Of a stretch of 64,000 nucleotides of DNA, positions 1-9,427 are shown piece after piece. Numbering within the stretch: the stretch's first letter is position 1; each line of letters opens with the position of its first letter. The position numbers were made by a program, and so were the translations under genes. The DNA comes from a virus. Its lineage: Duplodnaviria; Caudoviricetes. The DNA lies in the IMG/VR virus record IMGVR_UViG_3300010352_001202; one strand, written 5' to 3'. The notes under the pieces are model-generated. The model worked only from the letters and a program-made list of their open reading frames with translations, was not told the DNA's origin and ran no database searches.

Positions 1-2
1 TT

Positions 3-272
3 ATTCTTAAGACATATCTTGCCTGGACAGAAGAACAGGTTGCAGAAAACGAACGTATGTGGAAAGAAGAGCGTAGCAGACTTACTAAGACATTCGCTCC
101 AGAGGCATCTGGTGGCGGTGGTGCTGCACCTGCAGGATTATCAGATGTTGGTATTACAAGTTCTGGCATTGATGATATGGCTCCGGAAGACGGTGATGTC
201 GAGGGACTCGGTCCCGACGGAGGACCCGGCGGCGGAGTTAGTGACACAGAAGTAGATAGCTTCGGTACTTGA
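3..272 (+). CDS. Portal protein (T4 gp20-like), 3' end only; gene begins before the window
   Basis: Open frame from position 3 reads ILKTYLAWTEEQVAENERMWKEE plus an acidic Gly/Pro tail, typical of gp20-like C-termini; lies upstream of gp21/22/23. Confidence 0.7.
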   Translation: MLKTYLAWTEEQVAENERMWKEERSRLTKTFAPEASGGGGAAPAGLSDVGITSSGIDDMAPEDGDVEGLGPDGGPGGGVSDTEVDSFGT

Positions 273-283
273 TAAATAAGACT

Positions 284-520
284 ATGAAAGCCAGAGATCT
301 ACTTGTTGAATTTTATGACCCAGCCGATGATAAGTTGGGACAAGCAAAAATGGATGACACCCGTCGCCCACGTTTAACTATGCTTCACATACAAAAATTA
401 AGAAAAGCAAGAGATGCTGAAAAGTACGAAACTGCTCAGCATCTTAATTTCTTACCAGATATGTATGGTGTATCGGCTCAGCCCGATGCAGGCGGCGCTG
501 GCGGCATGCCAGGCCTATAA
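284..520 (+). CDS. Small head-module hypothetical protein
   Basis: ORF (MKARDLL...) after a GATAAATA motif at 271, between portal and core genes. Confidence 0.6.
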   Translation: MKARDLLVEFYDPADDKLGQAKMDDTRRPRLTMLHIQKLRKARDAEKYETAQHLNFLPDMYGVSAQPDAGGAGGMPGL

Positions 521-694
521 AGTAGTTTTTTATTTCGAGTAAACCTCGACTAAATAATTGCTGCAAAATCAATTCTCTAAAAATGGCCTCTTTTATGGCC
601 ATTTCCACCTATAATCCCTCTCACCGGGTTAAATACCTAGAATACCACTAAAGTGGTAATTTTGGAACTTTAACTAATCAAGGAGAGATTGGGC

Positions 695-1723
695 ATGTCA
701 CAACAACAAAAGCTTGAAAAAGTTTTGGATCTGCTTTTAAGCGAGGATTCAGAACAGGCCAGCGAACTTCTCCATCAGATCATTGTAGAAAAAGCTCGTG
801 TAATTTATGAAGGCATTGTCGACGAAGAAGAAGTCGCCGATGACGAAAAAGACGAACTTGACGAATCCGATGAAGTTGGTGGCGAACCAAATAAAGACTT
901 CACTGATGAAATTGCAACAGACAAGGAAGAAGTAGATGCCGACGAACAAAACGACGGCGAAGCTGGATCCGACGAAGAGTCTGATGACGGCGACGAAGGA
1001 AGCGATGATGATGAAGGCGGCGAATTTGGAGCCGACGATGAAGGCGGAGAAGGTAGCACAGAAGATCGTATTGAAGATCTCGAGTCCCAACTTGCTGAAC
1101 TTCGTGCAGAATTCGACGCACTAATGGGCGAAGAAATGCAAGAACCTAACCACGCAGATCTAGGCGACGAGTTCGGCGGAGATGAAGTTGAGCCAGCAAT
1201 GGATGACGGAATGGACGACGGAATGGGTGGTCCAGATATGGGCGGCATGGGTGGTGAAGAAAAGGTTGTCGGCGAAGTAGTCGCAACTATGTTCGAGAAG
1301 AAGAAAGACAAGAAACTCGAAGTAGCACCACAGAAGAAAGATGCAAAGAAAGATAAGAAGGTAGACGAAGAAACTCAGTTTCTTAACAAGGTTGCTGACA
1401 CTGGTCAAAAGGGAACAGCCAAGCTTGTAGGAACAGGCAAGGGCATGACTCTTGGTGCTGAGCAAAACAAGTCACCTTACACCAACATCCCTGCACGCAA
1501 GGATTACGGTGGAAAGCCAACAAAAATCGGTGGTAACGGCGGAACAGGCGGCGAGTACGGCAAGTACAACGGCGACTCTGCAAAAGACGACACACCTACC
1601 GATAATGTAAAGGTTGAGCCAAAGAAGAATGGCGTAAAGGCTGATACTACTGCGAAATACACCGGCGGCAAGGCTGCAGGTCCAGGTTTCACAAAGTCTC
1701 CTCTAACAAAGAAGCCAGCTTAA
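695..1723 (+). CDS. Highly acidic prohead core/scaffold-like protein
   Basis: AGGAG SD at 681; D/E-rich N half with a coiled-coil (EDRIEDLESQLAELRAEF), K/G-rich C half; position between portal and protease. Confidence 0.6.
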   Translation: MSQQQKLEKVLDLLLSEDSEQASELLHQIIVEKARVIYEGIVDEEEVADDEKDELDESDEVGGEPNKDFTDEIATDKEEVDADEQNDGEAGSDEESDDGDEGSDDDEGGEFGADDEGGEGSTEDRIEDLESQLAELRAEFDALMGEEMQEPNHADLGDEFGGDEVEPAMDDGMDDGMGGPDMGGMGGEEKVVGEVVATMFEKKKDKKLEVAPQKKDAKKDKKVDEETQFLNKVADTGQKGTAKLVGTGKGMTLGAEQNKSPYTNIPARKDYGGKPTKIGGNGGTGGEYGKYNGDSAKDDTPTDNVKVEPKKNGVKADTTAKYTGGKAAGPGFTKSPLTKKPA

Positions 1724-1733
1724 GGATACAACG

Positions 1734-2375
1734 GTGAAAATGGCAAACAAACTGTACGAGTATTTGTCCTTCGACAAAGCACACGTAACACTTCTTGAAG
1801 AAGATAACAAGATGACAGGCGGTAAAGATCTCTGTATGAAAGGGATCTTTATCCAGGGTGACGTAAGGAACCAGAATCAGCGTGTTTATCCTGTTAGAGA
1901 AATTGCCCGCGCCGTTAACTCTATTACAGAAAAATTAGGCACAGGTCAATCAGTAATGGGTGAGCTCGACCATCCGGAAGAGCTTTCTATTAACCTTGAC
2001 CGTGTAAGTCACCTCATCACAGAAATGTGGATGGATGGTGCAGACGGATACGGAAAGTTGAAAATTGTACCAACTCCGATGGGACAAATAGTTCAGACAC
2101 TATTGAAGTCGGGCGCAAAGTTGGGAGTTTCTTCCCGTGGTTCTGGAAATGTAAATGACGATGGTACTGTTTCGGATTTTGAAATTATTACCGTCGACAT
2201 TGTTGCGCAACCAAGCGCACCAAATGCATATCCTAGAACGATATATGAAAGTCTTTTTAACATGAAGGGTGGCCATAGTTTAGTGAATACCGCAAGGGAA
2301 GCACTAACCGAAGCTGCCGCACAAAAACAGCTTGTTAAAGACCTTCAGAGATTTATCAAAGAGTTAAAAATTTAA
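1734..2375 (+). CDS. gp21: Prohead core protease (T4 gp21-like)
   Basis: Motifs GIFIQGDVRNQNQRVYP, GELDHP, GVSSRGSG, DIVAQPSAPNAYP. Confidence 0.93.
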   Translation: MKMANKLYEYLSFDKAHVTLLEEDNKMTGGKDLCMKGIFIQGDVRNQNQRVYPVREIARAVNSITEKLGTGQSVMGELDHPEELSINLDRVSHLITEMWMDGADGYGKLKIVPTPMGQIVQTLLKSGAKLGVSSRGSGNVNDDGTVSDFEIITVDIVAQPSAPNAYPRTIYESLFNMKGGHSLVNTAREALTEAAAQKQLVKDLQRFIKELKI

Positions 2376-2387
2376 GGGGAACTCAAG

Positions 2388-3506
2388 ATGGCAAAGAAAA
2401 TTGATGAGATCTTGAGCGAAAGCGTTGGACTGTCTGAAGATGTCCGCAACCAGATCGTTGGTTTGTGGGAATCGAGACTTACCGAAGCTCGTGAAGAAGT
2501 TGCTGCTACACTCCGTGAGGAATTTGCACGCAAGTTTGAACACGACAAGGGAGTCTTAGTTGAATCTATGGACCGTTTCTTAACAGACAAAGTCCGCGTT
2601 GAACTCGAAGAATTCGCCGAAGACAAGAGAAAACTTGTCGCAGAAAGAGTTGCTTACAAGAGCAAGCTCACTGAGCACACAGGAATGTTAAACAAATTCA
2701 TCACAGAAGCTGTAGCCAAGGAAATGAAAGAGTTCTATGCCGAAAAGAAGGCAATGAAGGAAAACTTTTCTAAACTAGAGAACTTCCTGTTGAAGCAACT
2801 TGCCGAAGAAATTCGCGAGTTCCGCATCGACAAGAAATCACTTGTTGAGCAGAAAGTCAAGATGGTTACAGAAGGAAAGCAAAAGCTACAAGAAACAAAG
2901 ACACAGTTTATCAAGCGTGCGGCTCAGATTATCGAGTCTAACATTGAGAAGACATTGCGCTCTGAAATTACTCAATTCAAGGATGACATCCGTGTTGCCC
3001 GTGAAAATGATTTCGGTCGTAAGATTTTTGAAAGCGTAGCAGCTGAATTCATGACTTCGTATTTAAACGAAGGCACAGAGCTTAAGAAGCTTCAAAAGGT
3101 TGTCGAATCTAAGAACAAGGAATTAGCAACACTTAACGAATCTGTTAAGAAGAGCAAGGGCCTTATGGAAGGTTTAGATAGCAAACTAAAAGCAACTCAA
3201 GACCTAGTCGAAAGACAGAAAGTCATGGGAGAGTTACTAGCCCCATTGTCTAAGGACAAGAAAGCTGTAATGAAAGAATTGCTTGAATCGGTACAGACAA
3301 AGAACTTGCAAGGTGCTTACAACAAGTATCTACCAAGCGTACTAAATGAAGCCACAGATCGTAAACCTGCTGCCGCAAAGCCACAGTTGAACGAGGCAAC
3401 ATTGTCTGCCAAGACAGGCGATAGAGCGAGAGTCGCTCAAGAAGAAGTATCGGAAGATACATCGGAACTAAATCATATTTTGTCCTTAGCCGGAATTAGA
3501 AAGTAA
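2388..3506 (+). CDS. gp22: Prohead scaffolding protein (T4 gp22-like)
   Basis: Long coiled-coil E/K-rich protein between protease and capsid, ending LSLAGIRK. Confidence 0.8.
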   Translation: MAKKIDEILSESVGLSEDVRNQIVGLWESRLTEAREEVAATLREEFARKFEHDKGVLVESMDRFLTDKVRVELEEFAEDKRKLVAERVAYKSKLTEHTGMLNKFITEAVAKEMKEFYAEKKAMKENFSKLENFLLKQLAEEIREFRIDKKSLVEQKVKMVTEGKQKLQETKTQFIKRAAQIIESNIEKTLRSEITQFKDDIRVARENDFGRKIFESVAAEFMTSYLNEGTELKKLQKVVESKNKELATLNESVKKSKGLMEGLDSKLKATQDLVERQKVMGELLAPLSKDKKAVMKELLESVQTKNLQGAYNKYLPSVLNEATDRKPAAAKPQLNEATLSAKTGDRARVAQEEVSEDTSELNHILSLAGIRK

Positions 3507-3521
3507 TTAGGAGAAACTACA

Positions 3522-4694
3522 ATGGCAACAAAGCTATTTGAATCAAACTGGGGCGCAACAAAAGAAGCCCTTCTAGAAGGCCTTAAGGGAACCCGTCGTC
3601 AAGCAATGGACGTTGTGTTTGAAAACACTCGTAAATACTTGGCAGAATCGGCTACCGCAGGTGCAACACAAGCTGGTAATATCGCAGTTCTTAACAAGGT
3701 AATGCTACCGTTGATCAGACGTGTCATGCCAACAGTTATTGCGAACGAAATCATGGGCGTACAGCCAATGACAGGTCCAGTTGGCCAAATCCACACTTTG
3801 CGTGTTCGTTACGCAAACACTGCTGCTGGTGTAACAGCAGGTACAGAAGCACTTGGTCCATTCGAAATTGCTAAGGCATATTCGGGTAACGAAGTTGCTG
3901 CCGATCCAGCTGCTGCTTCAACAGCACGTCTTGAAGGCGTACCAGGTAACAAGATGAGCATCCAAATCTTGAAAGAAACCGTCGAAGCTAAGACACGTAA
4001 GTTGTCGGCTCGTTGGACTTTCGAGGCTGCACAAGACGCTAATGCCATTCACGGTATTGATATCGAAGCAGAAATCATGCAAGCTCTTGCACAAGAAATC
4101 ACAGTTGAAATCGACCAAGAAATGTTATTCAAGCTAGGTGCTCTAGTACCTGTTGCTCCAACAACATTCAACCAAGCTGCCGTTTCTGGTACAGCTACAT
4201 ACGTTGGTGATGAAATGGCTGCTCTAGCAGTTATGATCAACCAGCAAGCTAACCTTATTGCTGCACGTACACGTCGTGGTGCTGCTAACTGGGCAGTTGT
4301 TTCGCCAACAGCGTTAACAATTCTTCAGTCTGCTACAACATCTTCGTTCGCACGTACAACAGAAGGTACATTCGAAGCACCTACAAACACAAAGTTTGTC
4401 GGTACATTGAATAGCACAATGCGCGTATATGTTAACCAGTATGCAAGCGATGGCGATCCAATCCTTATCGGTTACAAGGGACCTACAGAAACTGACGCAG
4501 CAGCTTACTACTGCCCATACATTCCATTGATGAGCGTTGGTCCTGTTATGGATCCACAGACATTCGAACCAGTCGTATCGTTCATGACACGTTACGGTTA
4601 CCTAGAATTGACAAATACAGCAAACAGCTTCGGTAACGCCGCAGACTATTTGAGCAAGGTTGGAATTGACAGCAGCACTTTGAAATTTTACTGA
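3522..4694 (+). CDS. gp23: Major capsid protein (T4 gp23-like)
   Basis: Motifs LIRRVMPTVIANEIMGVQPMTGPVGQIHTLR, VEAKTRKLSARWTFEAAQD, YYCPYIPL, FMTRYG. Confidence 0.96.
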   Translation: MATKLFESNWGATKEALLEGLKGTRRQAMDVVFENTRKYLAESATAGATQAGNIAVLNKVMLPLIRRVMPTVIANEIMGVQPMTGPVGQIHTLRVRYANTAAGVTAGTEALGPFEIAKAYSGNEVAADPAAASTARLEGVPGNKMSIQILKETVEAKTRKLSARWTFEAAQDANAIHGIDIEAEIMQALAQEITVEIDQEMLFKLGALVPVAPTTFNQAAVSGTATYVGDEMAALAVMINQQANLIAARTRRGAANWAVVSPTALTILQSATTSSFARTTEGTFEAPTNTKFVGTLNSTMRVYVNQYASDGDPILIGYKGPTETDAAAYYCPYIPLMSVGPVMDPQTFEPVVSFMTRYGYLELTNTANSFGNAADYLSKVGIDSSTLKFY

Positions 4695-4732
4695 TCTGCA
4701 CTGGATCGGTACTTTAAAGAGTACGCAGACAC

Positions 4733-4760
4733 AAAAAAGCCCCTTAATCGGGGCTTTTTT
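4733..4760. terminator. Bidirectional intrinsic terminator after capsid gene
   Basis: AAAAAAGCCCC-TTAATC-GGGGCTTTTTT. Confidence 0.85.
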
Positions 4761-5397
4761 CTTCTTTGCGTTTTTTGTGTATTTCTTGCATTAATATAGA
4801 TCTTGCTGCCTTCCGTTCTTCCGACCACGATTGCTTAGGTTTACCTTTACGATTTTCAGACATCATCTTTTTTGTTTCTTCAGAATGCGGCGTAAAATGT
4901 GTACCTACACCTTTTCTTCTTTCACTAATTGCTTTTTTATTTTCTTCTGTATGATGCTTTCCCCTAAAACCCGGAGTATTATAATTACCCCCCGGCCTAC
5001 CTTTTGTAGATTCACTAAGTTTTTTCTTAGATTCTGCTGACCATACTTTTCCTATATTAGGTCCAGGCCGACCCTTCATAAACTCGCTCTGGGCTTTACT
5101 AAATTCCTCTTTTAGAAGTTGGTAATCTCTGGCATATACCTTGTATTTTATTCCGTTTCTTTTTACATTGCACATCAACATAAAGGCCTTTGTCATTTGA
5201 GGGTTTCGGTGTATTTTCCACAGCAAATGGTGTGCCACAAAATGTTCTTTTGCGGTTAAAGAAACAATATTAGATTCAATATCGTCTCCTTTTAATGATA
5301 AAGGAACAATATGATGTTGTTCTACATAAATATCTTGGGATAATATCCTATGTTGTGCTTTTGATATTAGTTGATGGTAAACCTTAATATAGTTCAT
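4744..5397 (-). CDS. HNH homing endonuclease with NUMOD3-like repeats
   Basis: EQHHIVPLSLKGDD..NIVSLTAKEHFVAHHLL; repeats GKHHTEENKKAIS and HSEETKKMMS. Confidence 0.88.
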   Translation of the reverse strand: MNYIKVYHQLISKAQHRILSQDIYVEQHHIVPLSLKGDDIESNIVSLTAKEHFVAHHLLWKIHRNPQMTKAFMLMCNVKRNGIKYKVYARDYQLLKEEFSKAQSEFMKGRPGPNIGKVWSAESKKKLSESTKGRPGGNYNTPGFRGKHHTEENKKAISERRKGVGTHFTPHSEETKKMMSENRKGKPKQSWSEERKAARSILMQEIHKKRKEEKSPD

Positions 5398-5465
5398 AAT
5401 TAATATTTATCATAGTACAACATTGAAATTCTATTAATCCGACTCCAGGGTTAGTAAAAAATTCG

Positions 5466-5492
5466 GAGGGGGCCTTAGGGCTCCCTTTTTTT
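5466..5492 (+). terminator. Second intrinsic terminator (probable original capsid-gene terminator)
   Basis: GAGGGGGCC-TTAG-GGCTCCC followed by a T run. Confidence 0.65.
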
Positions 5493-5498
5493 ATTTCC

Positions 5499-5506
5499 GA
5501 TAAATA
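5499..5506 (+). promoter_or_regulatory. Putative phage late promoter GATAAATA (representative copy)
   Basis: Same octamer precedes many genes on both strands (271, 6718, 8190, 14696, 23477, 25187, 36070, 41912, 44019, 49410, 50076, 59346, 61276, 63963; minus strand 5404, 23437); resembles T4 late TATAAATA. Confidence 0.75.
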
Positions 5507-5524
5507 TACGAAACGGAGATTATA

Positions 5525-6688
5525 ATGGCAGTCAATATTAACAATATTACAATAGACGGACTTACTAAAATTTCAAAAGTACCTGAACCAGTAGGTACAT
5601 TAGAAGCAAGTTCATATTCAGTAACATCAGGTGACAGTGTAACATTAACATGGACATCGTCGGAAACTACTACAGTAACCGCAAGCGGTGCATGGAGCGG
5701 ATCTAAAGCATTAAACGGAAGTGTATCATCCGGGGCATTGACAAATGCAAGTAATACATTTGGACTTACATTTATAGGACCCGGTGGATCGACTTATGTT
5801 TCTGTAGAGGTAGCTGTAGTTACACCTGTTGTTGGTGAACAGGTATTTCCTACACCTACAACTACTACATGGGTAGTTCCTGCTGGTGTTACATCTATTT
5901 GTGTTGTTGCAGTGGGCGCCGGCGGTGGTGCTCAATCGGCAGGATCAGTTCACGGTACAGCATCGGGAGGCGGTGGTGCCCTTGCCTATGTAAATAATAT
6001 AGCTGTTACACCAGGCGAAACATTAAACTTATCTGTAGGTAATGGTCCATATTCAGTAACAAGTTCCTCTGCTAGTGTTGGAAATATTCCAGATGGTGGA
6101 CCCACTTGGCTAGCACGCGGAGCAACAAAGCTTGTTCACGCCGGCGGCGGTCACGGCGCTATAGGAACACCGTCGAGTGCATCAGCAGGCGGCGCCGGCG
6201 GATCAGTTATTGTTGGTTCTGGTGGAGCAGGCGGCGCCGGTACAGTTTCGTATTTTGCACGACTCGCCGGCGGCGGTGGCGCCGGCGGATATTCCGGCGC
6301 CGGTGGTTACGGCGGTGGAACATATAGTGCAAGTTCATCGACAGTTCAGGCAGCAGGATCGGGTCACGGTGGCGCCGCCGCCGGCGGTTCTACACATCAG
6401 ACTGCAAACGGTCATTCAGGTGGTGGCGGTGGCACAGGAATATACGGAATAGGTAGCAGTGGTTCTGCTGCAAGTTCTCCATATACAGGTCAGGGCGGCG
6501 CAGGTGGTTCCACGGCAAATAGTACAGGAACAGCCGGCACCACCGGCGGTGCATCTGTTGGTGGATACCCAGGTGGTGGCGCCGGAGCCCCTGTAAGTGA
6601 TAATTTATCAACTTATGGTAATGGTGCCAATGGTGCATTGAGAATTATTTGGGGACCTGGGAGATCATTCCCATCTAACGCAGCATAA
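5525..6688 (+). CDS. Glycine-rich virion/tail-fibre-associated protein
   Basis: WVVPAGVTSICVVAVGAGG start of a Gly-rich domain, C-terminal GALRIIWG.GRSFP; paralog of 32732..33412. Confidence 0.65.
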   Translation: MAVNINNITIDGLTKISKVPEPVGTLEASSYSVTSGDSVTLTWTSSETTTVTASGAWSGSKALNGSVSSGALTNASNTFGLTFIGPGGSTYVSVEVAVVTPVVGEQVFPTPTTTTWVVPAGVTSICVVAVGAGGGAQSAGSVHGTASGGGGALAYVNNIAVTPGETLNLSVGNGPYSVTSSSASVGNIPDGGPTWLARGATKLVHAGGGHGAIGTPSSASAGGAGGSVIVGSGGAGGAGTVSYFARLAGGGGAGGYSGAGGYGGGTYSASSSTVQAAGSGHGGAAAGGSTHQTANGHSGGGGGTGIYGIGSSGSAASSPYTGQGGAGGSTANSTGTAGTTGGASVGGYPGGGAGAPVSDNLSTYGNGANGALRIIWGPGRSFPSNAA

Positions 6689-6747
6689 ATCTGCCTACCT
6701 GCTATTTCTGTATTTGTGATAAATATACGAAATGGTAGGTAGACTCT

Positions 6748-7581
6748 ATGGCTCAGAAAATTAAATTACAAGACGGTAATATTGTTTACTCAGCGAGTGA
6801 TCCAGCTCACGCGGTAAACTTCGGTATCAATGGCCAATTAAATGTCACTAAGGAACTTAATGTCGGCGATGATCCGCTTGCTGATGGGATTATTACCACT
6901 CCTGTTGATCTTGATCTAAATATTATCACCGCAGGTACAGGTAAACTCAAGTTGGTTACTGACCTTACAGGTGCTATCCTTCTAAATAATGTTCAATGGC
7001 CCGATGGCACTGTAGTTCCTGTTCCCGGAATGTATATCGGCGTATCTGCACTCAATACTTTACAGTTTTATACATTTCCACCAGTTAGTGGCACAGTTAC
7101 CTCAGTAGGAGCTGTAGGAAATAATGGTATTACTATTGCCGGTTCTCCGATTACATCTTCGGGTACAATAACACTTGGATTAGGTGCTATTACACCTACC
7201 AGTATTTCTACAACAGGAAATATTGGTGCCGGTGGTATCATAACCTCGCTCAACTTTACTGGTTCAAGTTCCGGCACAAATACAGGCGATCAAACAATCA
7301 CTCTAACAGGCGATGTCACTGGTTCGGGCTCTGGCAGTTTTGTAACAACTCTGGCTAATACAGCGGTTGTTCCGGGCCCTTATACAAACGCAAACATCAC
7401 TGTTGATGCGCAAGGCAGAATTACAGCAGCAGCAAACGGCCCAGCGGTACCTACAATATTAAATGATCTTACAGATGTAACTATTACTTCGCTGGCTAAC
7501 CACGATGTATTAAGTTATGATTCCATTACATCACAATGGATTAATTTACCAGCGGATCTAATACCTGTTCAGAATATTTAA
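6748..7581 (+). CDS. Tail-fibre-like structural protein
   Basis: Fibre repeats SGTVTSV, TITLTGDVTGSG, ITVDAQGRITAA shared with neighbouring genes. Confidence 0.65.
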   Translation: MAQKIKLQDGNIVYSASDPAHAVNFGINGQLNVTKELNVGDDPLADGIITTPVDLDLNIITAGTGKLKLVTDLTGAILLNNVQWPDGTVVPVPGMYIGVSALNTLQFYTFPPVSGTVTSVGAVGNNGITIAGSPITSSGTITLGLGAITPTSISTTGNIGAGGIITSLNFTGSSSGTNTGDQTITLTGDVTGSGSGSFVTTLANTAVVPGPYTNANITVDAQGRITAAANGPAVPTILNDLTDVTITSLANHDVLSYDSITSQWINLPADLIPVQNI

Positions 7582-7590
7582 AGGATAACT

Positions 7591-8151
7591 ATGCCATTTC
7601 TGCATATAACAAATTTTAGTGCTACACCGACATCCGGGACTGTTCCACTTACAGTAAATTTCACTGATTTATCCTCTGGTCCACCGACAGCATGGTCGTG
7701 GGATTTCGGTGATCCAGCAAGTGGTGTATTGAATACAAGTACATTACAGAATCCGTCACATACATATTCGTCTGCCGGAACCTATACTGTTGCCCTAACT
7801 CCCACCGCACCCGCCGTATATGTAACACAGACACAAACAAATCTTATTACTGTATCAGCACCACCAAACACTGTATATACACTTACATCTGCCGATGCCG
7901 GAAAAGAAACAAGAGTAACAAACGCATCACCGGGAACCGATATTCATATTCCCACCAATGCGGCACATCCGGATATTTTAGTAGGAATGGTTTTTATTAT
8001 AACTAAAATCAGTTCCGGTACCGTTACACTTATAAATGATGGTGTTACTCTAAACACATCATTATCACCGTTGGTAATACCTGCCGTAGGAAATACCGTT
8101 CGTCTTGTCAAAGTCGCTACAGATGAGTGGGATATGCAATTCTGGTCATAA
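7591..8151 (+). CDS. PKD (Ig-like) domain virion protein
   Basis: FSATPTSGTVPLTVNFTD..SWDFGD..NPSHTYSSAGTYTV PKD signature. Confidence 0.8.
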   Translation: MPFLHITNFSATPTSGTVPLTVNFTDLSSGPPTAWSWDFGDPASGVLNTSTLQNPSHTYSSAGTYTVALTPTAPAVYVTQTQTNLITVSAPPNTVYTLTSADAGKETRVTNASPGTDIHIPTNAAHPDILVGMVFIITKISSGTVTLINDGVTLNTSLSPLVIPAVGNTVRLVKVATDEWDMQFWS

Positions 8152-8231
8152 TTGAATTAACTCGTCGGATTCTGATTTATCACATTTGTGATAAATAATG
8201 AAAAGACTGCGAAGGTTAACAGGAATCCAGC

Positions 8232-9413
8232 ATGGCAATTAAGGTTAGTACATTATTAGCGCACAACACGGATGTCGTACTCGATTCATCCCCATCGCTC
8301 GGTGGTCCCCTAGATACAAATAATTTTCCAATAGCAAATAGCGGAAACCCTGTAGTAATTTCGGGCAACGGTTACCCAATAACAACCGGTACTTCGGGAC
8401 AAGTTCTTACAACAGACGGCGCTGGGTTGCTATCATGGCAAAGTCCGGCAAGCGGATCTATAACTTTAGTAGGGGATGTCACTGGATCTGGTAATTCGCC
8501 GGTAACGACGACAATTTCTAATACAACAGTAATTCCCGGACCGTATGGCTCTTCGTCTTCGGTTGCTACGTTTACCGTAAATTCGCAAGGTCGTTTAACA
8601 ACTGCTTCTAATGCTCCAATTTCTATTACGCCGTCACAGGCTGGCTTAGGAAATGTAGCAAATCAATTACAGGTTATCAACGCCGGCGGAGCCCCGAGTA
8701 TTAGAGAAGGAACAGGTGTTCCCTCTGGGCCAGATACTACCGGTGCTCTTTATGTCGACCGCGGAGTCACTAACGGAGATGGAATTTATTATTACGACGG
8801 CTCATCATGGGTTGTCGTTGCTACAAAGCCCAATCTGTATGATGAACAAGTAAACGGGTTTATTGCGCCAACAGCAATGGCGCTTGATTCGGTTGCGCTA
8901 GGTTCAGGTGCTGAAACTCAGGCAGGAGCAAATAATTCTCTTGCTATTGGCTTACAATCATTGGCAAGAACACCGGGTGGTGTAGTTCAGGCCAGCGGTA
9001 GATTTTCAAATAACGGTGATGCTCAAGCGGGCCGATATTTACTTAGAACAAATACAATCAGTAATGTTCCGACAGAGTTATTCATTGACGGAACAGCAGG
9101 TAGCGTTCGTTTGGTTCTTCCAGATGACGCAACATGGACTTTTAGAATTACAGTTACAGCACACAGAACGGATTTACCAAACGGGCATGCAGGGTATACG
9201 GCAGCAGGGGTTATATATAGAGGCTCCGGTGTCGCGACTACTTCTATCCAGGGATCAGTCAATAAACAGGTGTTAGCGGAGTCAAATCCATCCTGGGATA
9301 TAAATATAAGTGCTGACCCTACCAACGGGTCGTTAAAGATAACTGCCACAGGCGAGACAGGCAAAATTATTCGATGGGTTGCTTTAGTTGAAACAGTCGA
9401 AATTACAAATTAA
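8232..9413 (+). CDS. Tail-fibre-like protein
   Basis: Fibre repeats; C-terminal domain (GDAQ..ELFIDG..IRWVA.VET.EITN) shared with the next two genes. Confidence 0.7.
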   Translation: MAIKVSTLLAHNTDVVLDSSPSLGGPLDTNNFPIANSGNPVVISGNGYPITTGTSGQVLTTDGAGLLSWQSPASGSITLVGDVTGSGNSPVTTTISNTTVIPGPYGSSSSVATFTVNSQGRLTTASNAPISITPSQAGLGNVANQLQVINAGGAPSIREGTGVPSGPDTTGALYVDRGVTNGDGIYYYDGSSWVVVATKPNLYDEQVNGFIAPTAMALDSVALGSGAETQAGANNSLAIGLQSLARTPGGVVQASGRFSNNGDAQAGRYLLRTNTISNVPTELFIDGTAGSVRLVLPDDATWTFRITVTAHRTDLPNGHAGYTAAGVIYRGSGVATTSIQGSVNKQVLAESNPSWDINISADPTNGSLKITATGETGKIIRWVALVETVEITN

Positions 9414-9427
9414 GGAAATAACAAAAA

